A stretch of DNA of 64,000 nt from an uncultured Anaerolineales bacterium (GTDB lineage: Bacteria; Chloroflexota; Anaerolineae; B4-G1): NCBI GenBank assembly GCA_964542755.1, contig CAZIWL010000001.1, positions 48,234-112,233 on the forward strand, in the 5' to 3' direction. Below are positions 8,662 to 17,100 of the stretch, in pieces. Made by a program: the position numbers and the translations under genes. The notes beneath the pieces are model-generated. The model searched no databases, was not told where the DNA came from, and was given only the letters and a program-made list of their open reading frames with translations. The first letter of the stretch is position 1. Each line of letters starts with the position of its first letter.

Positions 8662-10746
8662 ATGACTGGAACCGAGACTGACACTCAAGATGTCCTCCGC
8701 CGGCGTGAGCTAGTTTTCCTGGTTATCGTCCTACTCACGGCTACCCTCATGCGGACGTGGCGCTTGGACGCCATCCCTCCCGGGTTGACCCACGATGAGG
8801 CTGGTCACGGACACGACGCGATAGCCATTCTGGAGGGCGCGCGGCCCATCTACCAGACCGTCGGATACGGTCGCGAACCTCTGTACGATTACTGGGTTGC
8901 TGGTCTAATGGCAATTGCTGGACGCACTCGAGAGGTCCTCAGATTCTCTGCCGTTCCGCTGGGACTGGTAACTCTACTGACGACCTTCGCCTGGGCTCGA
9001 GCGGCTTACGACGGGACAGTCGCCCTAGCGGCGACAGCGCTCCAGACGGTTGCTTTTTGGTCGCTCGCGGTCAGCCGGCAGGCTTTGCGCTCCAGTCTGT
9101 TGCCTGTTGTTTTCACAGCAGCTATCTTCTTCTTCTGGCACTCGATCTACCCTACGAGGCGCAGGCTGAGCCCGTGGCGGCTGGGCATCTTCTCGCTGCT
9201 CGTGGGGGCGACGTTTTATACCTACGTCCCGGCTCGAGTACTCTGGATTCTGTTCCCCATTTTCCTTGCTTACCTGGCCATTTTCCATCGAAGGACGTTC
9301 CAGAGGGTCTCCGCGCCCATCCTCGCGGCCGTAGGTGCAGGGTTGCTGATGGGGGTGCCTCTCTTCGTGTTCCTGAAGCGCCATCCCGGAGCGGAGCAGA
9401 GGCTCGCGATGCTGGATGCACCCCTTAGGGCGCTCCTGGCTGGTGATCCCTCCGTCGTCCTCAACCGCGCTGGGCGTTTCCTGGCGGGTCTGACGATCCC
9501 TGGGCGTGGCGACAGTTTTCTAGCCTACACCATTCCGGGCCGTCCCATCTTCGGCCTGCTCACGGGTGTTCTCTTCCTGATCGGGGTTGGACTCTGTGTG
9601 GTACGGTGGCGCGAGCCGAAGAATGCCTTCTCGCTCCTCTGGTTCGCCCTCGGGGTCTCTCCCTCCTTGGTCACTGGTCCGGCCGCCAGTACGACGCGCA
9701 GCGTCGCTGCGCTTCCGGTGATCTTCCTGTTCCCAGCCATCGCGGTTGTCTCTGGGGCCCGATGGGCCTCTGAGCGTTGGGGGAGCGTGGCCTCCTGGGT
9801 GATCGGTCTGGCGGCTGGCGGTCTCCTGCTGGGTGTGGGCGGCGTCACCATCCAAGACTACTTCGTCACCTGGGGTGAGTCTCCCCACACACGCGCAGCC
9901 TATCAGCACACATTGGTTGAACTGGCGGCCTACCTGGACAGCCAACCGGAGGATGGGGTGGTGGGCATCTCAACCGACCAGCCGCTCGCGCCCCACGACC
10001 CTTACGTCTTCCAATTGAGTCTCAAGCGCAGGGATCTTTCTGTCCGCTGGTTTGATGCTCGGCGAGCGATTGTCGTTCCCGAGCGGGCGCGGGCTAGGCT
10101 CGTGATTCCCTCAAGTGCCACGCCCCCGCCGATCCTGGCCGAGCTGCCTGGCCTTCAATGCATGGAGCGTGTGCAAATGCGGACGGACGACCTCGATCCC
10201 TGGTTCGAAGTATTTGAGTGGCAACCCCGGATGACGCGGGCGGAAGTCACCGAGAGGATGGACGACAGTGCGAACGTGTCGGGCGAGGCGGTCCTGTCTG
10301 AAGAGGGGGGGCGAACCTCCCTCGGACTCCCTGCAACTTTTGGGGGCGCTCTGGAGCTTCTGGGCTACGACTTGCTGACACCAGTCGTCGGCGTGGAGGA
10401 GATCCAGCTGTTGACAGTCTGGAAGGCTACGAACCCCGACGCGATCAAGGCGGCGGATCCCGCGGATGTGGAGGACGAACCCGTGGTTTTTGTCCACGCC
10501 CTGGATGGAGAGGGGGCCTTGCTTGCTCAGGAGGACCGGCTCGATGCGCCTGTCTGGAGCTGGGAAGAGGGCGATATGATCCTCCAGATCCATCGCTTGG
10601 CGCTACCGCCCGACCCGGATCACGGCCCTCCCACCCTCTCCCTCGGCGTCTATCGGCGAACTGATATGAGACGACTCCCGGTGACCATCAAGGACAAGGT
10701 GGTCGGGGATTCCCTCTTACTCCCCACGGTGCGGGTCGAGGGCTAG
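8662..10746 (+). CDS. GT-C fold glycosyltransferase, PMT_2/ArnT-like (GT39/GT83-type), paralog 1
   Basis: Polytopic N-terminal domain with a loop-1 motif AIPPGLTHDEAGHG and an EPLY box, plus a C-terminal conserved roughly 120-aa domain. Confidence 0.8.
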   Translation: MTGTETDTQDVLRRRELVFLVIVLLTATLMRTWRLDAIPPGLTHDEAGHGHDAIAILEGARPIYQTVGYGREPLYDYWVAGLMAIAGRTREVLRFSAVPLGLVTLLTTFAWARAAYDGTVALAATALQTVAFWSLAVSRQALRSSLLPVVFTAAIFFFWHSIYPTRRRLSPWRLGIFSLLVGATFYTYVPARVLWILFPIFLAYLAIFHRRTFQRVSAPILAAVGAGLLMGVPLFVFLKRHPGAEQRLAMLDAPLRALLAGDPSVVLNRAGRFLAGLTIPGRGDSFLAYTIPGRPIFGLLTGVLFLIGVGLCVVRWREPKNAFSLLWFALGVSPSLVTGPAASTTRSVAALPVIFLFPAIAVVSGARWASERWGSVASWVIGLAAGGLLLGVGGVTIQDYFVTWGESPHTRAAYQHTLVELAAYLDSQPEDGVVGISTDQPLAPHDPYVFQLSLKRRDLSVRWFDARRAIVVPERARARLVIPSSATPPPILAELPGLQCMERVQMRTDDLDPWFEVFEWQPRMTRAEVTERMDDSANVSGEAVLSEEGGRTSLGLPATFGGALELLGYDLLTPVVGVEEIQLLTVWKATNPDAIKAADPADVEDEPVVFVHALDGEGALLAQEDRLDAPVWSWEEGDMILQIHRLALPPDPDHGPPTLSLGVYRRTDMRRLPVTIKDKVVGDSLLLPTVRVEG

Positions 10747-10760
10747 GGGGCAGTCACACG

Positions 10761-12830
10761 GTGCCACACGCTAAGCCCAGTGGATCACGCTTCCCGCCGT
10801 CGTACCGGCGTGCTGCGATTCTTCTGATCCTGGCCGTGGCCGTCTTCTTCCGTCTGTACCGCCTGGACGCCGTTCCCCCGGGCTTGACCCACGACGAGGC
10901 GGACACAGGCTACTTTGTCGCAGCAGTCCACCGTGGAGCCCCATCGAGAATTGACATTCCGTACGGGTATGCGTACAAACCCTTCACTCAATACTCCGGG
11001 GCTCTTTTCATGGCTTTGTTCGGGCCGACTGATCTTGCGCTCCGTCTACACTCCGCATTCTTCGGCACGCTGCTGGTCCTCTTCACGTATCTTTGGTGCC
11101 GGGAGGCGTTCGGCACGACGGTGGGACTGGGGAGTGCTGCCATGGTGGCCGTGTCGTTTTGGACTGTGTGCGATAGCCGTTTCGCCCTGAACTCAGCGCC
11201 GGCCCCGGCCTTGTTCACTGGGAGCGCGTATTTCCTGTGGCTCGCGCTTAACCGTGACGTTGGCAGGCCCCTCTGGTGGGCCTGGGGCCTCTTCGCTCTC
11301 CTGTTGGGCGGGTCTCTGTACGTCTACGAGGCGGCGTTGGCGGCAGCGTTGTCTCTCATCCTCCTGCTGCTCTATTTGGCCCTAACGGATCCCAAGCTCT
11401 TTCGTCGTCAAGGCCCTTGGTTTGGTGGCGCCCTTATCCTCGCCACGCTGCTAGCTGCACCCCATCTACTCGATTCCTCGTCATGGGGACGGACGAATAC
11501 GCTGTCCGGTCCGCTGCTGGCGGCCAGTCGCGGGGAGCTGGGCCCCCTGTTCAGAAATGCCGTCAGCGCGTTGGGGACCTTCAGTTTTCGCGGAGATACC
11601 CTGGTCACGTACAATCTGCCGGGGCGCCCGATCTTCGATCCGGTGACGAGTCTGTTCTTCTACGGCGGGTTGGCGCTATCGCTCTGGCGTTGGAGAACCC
11701 CTGCCTATGCTTTCCTAGTGATGTGGTTGATGACCGGGATTGTCCCCTCACTCGTCATCGGTGAGTGGACCAGTACGCTGCACAGCAAGGCTGCCGAGAC
11801 AGCGATCATGACCCTGCCCGTGGTCGGTGCTGTTGCCGCCGGTCGCGCCATCCGCGTACATCTCGGGCGGAACTGGTTCAGGCTGTTTGCCGGTGCTTGC
11901 ATCGTCTGGTTGGTCGTGATCGCAGGGCTGACGGGATACGACTATTTCGTCCGCTGGGGGCAGGCGCCGGAGACCCGTGCTGCGTACTTCAGCAATCTGG
12001 CGGCCATCACGGACTACCTGAATGAGATCGACTACAGTGGGCCGGTGTCTCTCTCGTCACCGTTTCCGGATCTCCCTCACGATCCCTTGGTCGCCCAGAT
12101 GCGCCTCCACCGCGAGGATCTGTCGCTGCGCTGGTTCGATGCCCGTCGTGCCCTTGTCTTTCCTCAAGCTGATCATGCGCTACTGATTATACCGCCGAAC
12201 ACGCCGCTGGCTGATCCGTTTGCTGGTCGGCTCGGTCTTCGGTTGGTGGAGCGTGTCGAGTTGAAGCCCGACGACATAGATCCATACTTCGACGTCTTTG
12301 AATGGCCTCCCAACACGGCGCTCTCCGAACTCTTGACGCCGGCATCTGGTATCGCACATGCGGGAGGTGAATCCCTTGAGCTGCCGGTCAGCCTGGGGGG
12401 GGGCGTTGAGCTGGTCGGCTACGAGGTAGCGGAACAACGGCTGGCGCCCGGGGAGACCATCGATCTGATCACTTTCTGGCGACTCAAGGTCGGCGCGGGA
12501 TCTTCATCAAGCCACCCTTTGGGAAACGTGCCTGAGGACGCGTTCGGCCACAGCCTGACCCTATTCACCCACCTGGTTGATGATGGGAACCACGTAGTCG
12601 CCCAGGAGGACCGGCTCGACGCCCCCGCCTGGAACTGGCACGGCGGGGAGACGGTGGCCCAGATCCACCGCCTACAAATCGGTCCCGACGTCGAACCCGG
12701 CGTGTATCATCTCCAGGTGGGGATCTACGACAACCACGACCCGGAACTGGCTCGTCTCCCCATCGTCGTCGACGGCGAAGTGGTCGGCGACAGCGTCCGT
12801 CTCCAACCGCTGGAGGTCACGGATTCGTGA
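10761..12830 (+). CDS. GT-C glycosyltransferase, PMT_2/ArnT-like, paralog 2 (GTG start)
   Basis: AVPPGLTHDEADTG motif, polytopic, with the shared C-terminal domain. Confidence 0.8.
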   Translation: MPHAKPSGSRFPPSYRRAAILLILAVAVFFRLYRLDAVPPGLTHDEADTGYFVAAVHRGAPSRIDIPYGYAYKPFTQYSGALFMALFGPTDLALRLHSAFFGTLLVLFTYLWCREAFGTTVGLGSAAMVAVSFWTVCDSRFALNSAPAPALFTGSAYFLWLALNRDVGRPLWWAWGLFALLLGGSLYVYEAALAAALSLILLLLYLALTDPKLFRRQGPWFGGALILATLLAAPHLLDSSSWGRTNTLSGPLLAASRGELGPLFRNAVSALGTFSFRGDTLVTYNLPGRPIFDPVTSLFFYGGLALSLWRWRTPAYAFLVMWLMTGIVPSLVIGEWTSTLHSKAAETAIMTLPVVGAVAAGRAIRVHLGRNWFRLFAGACIVWLVVIAGLTGYDYFVRWGQAPETRAAYFSNLAAITDYLNEIDYSGPVSLSSPFPDLPHDPLVAQMRLHREDLSLRWFDARRALVFPQADHALLIIPPNTPLADPFAGRLGLRLVERVELKPDDIDPYFDVFEWPPNTALSELLTPASGIAHAGGESLELPVSLGGGVELVGYEVAEQRLAPGETIDLITFWRLKVGAGSSSSHPLGNVPEDAFGHSLTLFTHLVDDGNHVVAQEDRLDAPAWNWHGGETVAQIHRLQIGPDVEPGVYHLQVGIYDNHDPELARLPIVVDGEVVGDSVRLQPLEVTDS

Positions 12831-14860
12831 CTGATCGTCGCCTGTGCAAATGGGCCTTTGTCGTCCTGCTGCTCCTGGTCGCCTGGGGCCTACGGATCGG
12901 TTGGCTGGAGGCAGTCCCTCCCGGCTGGCGTGACGATGAACTGATCAACATCCACGCTCTCTCCAACCGGTTGCTGGAAGGGGAGTTTCCCCTCTACTAC
13001 CTGGGGGCCTCCGGCCACGAACCGCTGTACCATCATCTCCACGCAGGGGTGCTGGGGGTACTCGGGTTCAACGTGTTGAGCGGGCGACTCCTGTCGGCGA
13101 TGTTCGGCACCCTGTCCATCTCCTTGACCTACACCCTGGCCCGCCGCCTCTTCCCCGATGCGCAGGCAGTGGCCAATGTCGCCGCGGCGACATTGGCAGC
13201 GTCCTTCTGGTCTTTGATGTACAGTCGCACGGCCATTCGACACATCAGCCTGCCCCCGTTCATCCTGGCGACGGTTTACGCCTTTTGGCGTCGGCTCGAC
13301 GGCCCGGGATCCAGGCCCTGGGCCTGGATCCCGGTGGGGTTGTTGCTGGCGGCAAGCCTTTACACGTACACCGCCTCGCGGCTTCTCCCTGTTCTTCTGA
13401 TTCTCTTCGTGGGGTACCTGGCGGCTGTCCATCGGCCGCATCTACGCCGGCACTGGCGGGGGATCGGGCTGGCGTTCCTGGTGATGACGGTTCTCGTCGC
13501 CCCGCTCGGCGTGGCCATTCAGCGGGGGCGAAGCACGCGTGCCTTGGAAGGCATCGGGGCCGACGCCCGAGTCACGGAGCTGGCGAAGCCCCTCCGCGCC
13601 CTTCGGGATGGAGATCCATCCCAGCTCTTGGCCTCAGTGGTGAAGACGCTGGGCATGTTCCACGCCAGCGGCGACCCTGAGTGGCTCTACAACATCCCGG
13701 GTCGTCCCATCTTCGGTGTGCTGGGAGGAATCCTCCTCTGGCTCGGCGTGGGGCTCTCTCTCTACCGCTGGCGCGAGCCCCGTTTCTTCTTCTTGATCGT
13801 CTGGTTGGGCATAGGCCTGACGCCGGCTTTCATCAGCACCCCGCCGGCCAGCCTGGGACACACGATCGTCGCGCAGCCGGTGGCCTATCTCATGCCCGCT
13901 GTCGCCCTGGTCGGGATTGGACGATGGGTTGAGGGACAGACGTCAACGCGTGTGTCTCGGGGCCGAGCTACTAGAGGGGCGCGGCGAGCGGCGATAGGCC
14001 TGGTGTTGATTGCCTTCGTGTGCAGCAACGCGGCCCGCGACCTCTGGGACTATTTTGTGGTCTGGCCCCGTCGTGGCATGGTCCGCCTCCTCTACCGCGC
14101 CGATCAGAGGAAGATTGCCGAGTATCTCAACGAGCAAGTCGGCTATACCGACATCGCCGTGGGAAGCGGACTGATGGGCCCGTGGGACCGGATCGCGCTG
14201 ACGGTCGATCTCGAGAGGCCGGATGTGGCACCGAGGCTTTTCCATCCCGAACGGGCCCTAGTCTGGAAGCAAGGAGCGAACCCGATGCCCGTCTTCCTGC
14301 CCGGCTGGCCGGAACCGTCCGACGCCATTGAGGACTCTCTGGCAGGAGGGCGGCTGATATCGGAACATGTGAGTGTCCATACGCCGAGGAAGAGTCTCAC
14401 CTCATCATTCGAGACCGAGGAGGTGACCTTTGCCAACGGGCTGACGCTCCTGGCGGCCCGTCCGTTGCAGCAAGGGCGCGAGCAAGAAACCGTGAGCATC
14501 ATCACCGCTTGGCGTGTCTCCGAACCCCTTGAACTGCCGCCTATGCCCGTTGTGGCGCAGCCTCCCCCGCCGAAGACGTACGCGGGGCCCCGTTTGGCCG
14601 TCTTCGCTCACCTGCTCGGGAAGCAAGGCGAGACGCTTGACGTTGATGATGGGCTATGGGTGGATCCCTTGACGCTTCGACCCGGCGACCGGTTCCTCCA
14701 GATCCACCGTTTCTCCGTCGCCTCGGAGGGTGCATCGGTGCCGTCCGCGCTGGTCGTCGGTCTCTACGACCCAAAGACGGGAGAGCGCTGGCAAACTGTG
14801 GGAGAGGACGGCGGGGCTGGTGCGCATCGAGTCACCATTCCGCTGGGGGACCCTCAGTGA
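12827..14860 (+). CDS. GT-C glycosyltransferase, PMT_2/ArnT-like, paralog 3
   Basis: GTG start overlaps the upstream TGA (GTGA). AVPPGWRDDE and HEPLY motifs, with the shared C-terminal domain. Confidence 0.8.
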   Translation: MTDRRLCKWAFVVLLLLVAWGLRIGWLEAVPPGWRDDELINIHALSNRLLEGEFPLYYLGASGHEPLYHHLHAGVLGVLGFNVLSGRLLSAMFGTLSISLTYTLARRLFPDAQAVANVAAATLAASFWSLMYSRTAIRHISLPPFILATVYAFWRRLDGPGSRPWAWIPVGLLLAASLYTYTASRLLPVLLILFVGYLAAVHRPHLRRHWRGIGLAFLVMTVLVAPLGVAIQRGRSTRALEGIGADARVTELAKPLRALRDGDPSQLLASVVKTLGMFHASGDPEWLYNIPGRPIFGVLGGILLWLGVGLSLYRWREPRFFFLIVWLGIGLTPAFISTPPASLGHTIVAQPVAYLMPAVALVGIGRWVEGQTSTRVSRGRATRGARRAAIGLVLIAFVCSNAARDLWDYFVVWPRRGMVRLLYRADQRKIAEYLNEQVGYTDIAVGSGLMGPWDRIALTVDLERPDVAPRLFHPERALVWKQGANPMPVFLPGWPEPSDAIEDSLAGGRLISEHVSVHTPRKSLTSSFETEEVTFANGLTLLAARPLQQGREQETVSIITAWRVSEPLELPPMPVVAQPPPPKTYAGPRLAVFAHLLGKQGETLDVDDGLWVDPLTLRPGDRFLQIHRFSVASEGASVPSALVVGLYDPKTGERWQTVGEDGGAGAHRVTIPLGDPQ

Positions 14861-17100
14861 CCCGCTCCCAATTTCGATCCCGCCTGGCGTTGGCCATCCT
14901 TCTGGTCGTCTACGTTGGACTTGCAGTGGCATACAGTCTGGTCAACCCGCTCTACGAGGCGCCGGACGAGCTACGCCATGTGCGGTACGTTCGCCACATC
15001 AGCGCGTACCGCAGCCTGCCGGTGCAGCGGGCGGGGGCGCCTCGCGCTCAGAGCCATCATCCACCACTCTACTACGCCCTGGGTGCTCTGGTCTCGGGTT
15101 GGGTCGACGTAGAGGATGACGTCTACTATCAGCCCGTCGAAAACCCGTTTTGGGCCTACCGCTACTGGGAAGTCGGCAACGACAACAAGAACCAGTACCT
15201 CCACGGGCCTACTCGTCGCTTGGGCCCCCTGTCCATCCCACGCATGACCGGCATTACCCTGGTCGTCTACCTGGTTCGCTGGATCACGGTTCTCGTCGGC
15301 GCCGGTGTTGTGTGGCTGACGTACCGAATTGGTGTCCATGTCTTTCCCGAACGGCCGGGGCTGGCCGTGGGAGGCGCCGCCCTTGTAGCCTTCAACCCGC
15401 AGTTCTTGTACCTGTCCGGAGCGGTCAACAACGATGTCCCTGCCGCGCTGTGGGGGGCGGCTGTGCTCGTCGTCTCGCTTGACGTCCTCTCTCAGGGGCC
15501 CAGACTGGCGACCAACATCCTACTCGGTGTGCTTTTCGGCCTGGCGATGTTGACCAAGATCCACCTCGTCGTCCTCTTCGTACCCATCGTGCTGGCCCAC
15601 GGCATGGCTCTGTGGCGAGACCGGGATTGGCGTGACTTCCTACGGACCAATATCATCGTGATTGGTCTGGCTCTGCTTGTCTCCGGCTGGTGGTTCGCGC
15701 GGAATCAGATGCTGTACGGCGATCCCTTGGGGGCCAGCGTTCACAGCCAGCTCTGGAACAGCCGCTCTCCCTCCGACGGCTGGTGGGCTCTCCGGCAGGA
15801 ACTGCCCTATCTGTGGAGCACCCTTTGGGGACGGTTTGGTTACGGTCAAGTGGCACTGCCCAGTTTGGTCTATCACGGCCTATTGGTCTTCTGTGGCGTG
15901 TCTCTGGCCGGATACCTAGTGCCGCGAGATAGGTCCCTGCGATCCCGTCCAGCAGGTCTTCTGGTGAGCACAGTCGCGGTGTTCGTGGCCTGGGTCCTTT
16001 TCTACACGCTCGTGCAGCCGGCCGGTGCTCGTGGGAGGTTCCTTTTCCCGGCTCTGCCCGCCTTCGGTATGCTGACCGTGGGTGGGCTGCAGCGATTCTC
16101 CCCCTTCCGCAACGGATGGTTGACGACGGCGATCACCGGTGTGGGCATGGCTGCCCTCGCCCTGTACGCATTGGGATGCGTTCTCGCACCGGCGTTCTCG
16201 CCGCCCCGCCCCTTGAGCGAGCCCCAGATCCAGGCCGTGCCGAATCCCGTCGGTGCCGACTTCCGGTCTAGCCACGGGAGCCCGGACGGAGCCGTCGTCA
16301 AGATGCTGGGGCACCAGGTGGCCCCAGTCGACATCACCCCAGGGGACGCGGTCGAGGTGACCGTGTACTGGAAGGTTATGACGCGCACCGAGCAGAATCA
16401 CGTGGTGTTCGTTCATCTGATGAGCGAGACGGGGGTCATCATCGCACAACGCGATACCTATCCCGGGCTGGGGCGCTATCCGACCAGTGTGTGGGACCCC
16501 GGAACCGTTTTCGCCGACACGTATCGGATCCACGTTCCAGAGACAGCCTATGCACCGGACCATGGTTACGTGCAGGTCGGCCTGTACGTGCCTGACGGGC
16601 CACGGCTGACCACGGAGGGAGGCGAGGACGCGCTTCAACTGGCTTCTGTGGAGGTGCATCCGCGGCCCGGAGACGTACCCAACCCCATGGAGTTGAACTT
16701 CGGTGACAAGGTGGCGCTGGTCGGATACAGCCTGGACCAGCGCGTCGTTCAGCCGGGTGAGACGATCGGCTTGACGCTGCATTGGCTGGCGCTGAATCCG
16801 ATGGACGTCAACTACGACGTGTTTGTCCACGTTTTGGGCGCCGAGAACCAGATCTGGGGAAATACCAACAGCCCGCTGACCGATCGTGCTGTGTGTACCA
16901 ATCGGTGGAAGCCGGGAACTCTGGTGAGGGAGGAACGGGAGCTCACCGTGTCCGAGGGCACCCCGGCAGGCTTCTATGATTTGGAGCTGGGCCTGCACTC
17001 GTCACCCCACGGACGTCTGAAGGTCCTCAATGAGGAGGGGCGTCCAGTGGCCAATCGCATGCTGTTGACCAAGATACGGGTTACCAATGGGGACAGGTGA
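14857..17100 (+). CDS. GT-C glycosyltransferase, PMT_2-like, paralog 4, with two copies of the C-terminal domain
   Basis: In-frame GTG at 14857 overlaps the upstream stop. APDELRH and HHPPLYYAL motifs. The listed ORF start at 14656 lies inside the previous gene and is rejected. Confidence 0.75.
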   Translation: MTRSQFRSRLALAILLVVYVGLAVAYSLVNPLYEAPDELRHVRYVRHISAYRSLPVQRAGAPRAQSHHPPLYYALGALVSGWVDVEDDVYYQPVENPFWAYRYWEVGNDNKNQYLHGPTRRLGPLSIPRMTGITLVVYLVRWITVLVGAGVVWLTYRIGVHVFPERPGLAVGGAALVAFNPQFLYLSGAVNNDVPAALWGAAVLVVSLDVLSQGPRLATNILLGVLFGLAMLTKIHLVVLFVPIVLAHGMALWRDRDWRDFLRTNIIVIGLALLVSGWWFARNQMLYGDPLGASVHSQLWNSRSPSDGWWALRQELPYLWSTLWGRFGYGQVALPSLVYHGLLVFCGVSLAGYLVPRDRSLRSRPAGLLVSTVAVFVAWVLFYTLVQPAGARGRFLFPALPAFGMLTVGGLQRFSPFRNGWLTTAITGVGMAALALYALGCVLAPAFSPPRPLSEPQIQAVPNPVGADFRSSHGSPDGAVVKMLGHQVAPVDITPGDAVEVTVYWKVMTRTEQNHVVFVHLMSETGVIIAQRDTYPGLGRYPTSVWDPGTVFADTYRIHVPETAYAPDHGYVQVGLYVPDGPRLTTEGGEDALQLASVEVHPRPGDVPNPMELNFGDKVALVGYSLDQRVVQPGETIGLTLHWLALNPMDVNYDVFVHVLGAENQIWGNTNSPLTDRAVCTNRWKPGTLVREERELTVSEGTPAGFYDLELGLHSSPHGRLKVLNEEGRPVANRMLLTKIRVTNGDR

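Noticed and set aside
14656-14856. Upstream extension of the fourth GT gene (listed start 14656)
   Set aside because: The extension lies entirely inside the preceding gene. An in-frame GTG at 14857 overlaps the upstream stop, as in the other paralogs.
15916-16998. 360-aa minus-strand ORF inside the GT operon, plus similar antisense ORFs at 19681..20412, 38993..40213, 4903..5220 and elsewhere
   Set aside because: These are typical GC-rich antisense ORFs. The plus-strand genes carry conserved GT-C motifs and translational coupling.
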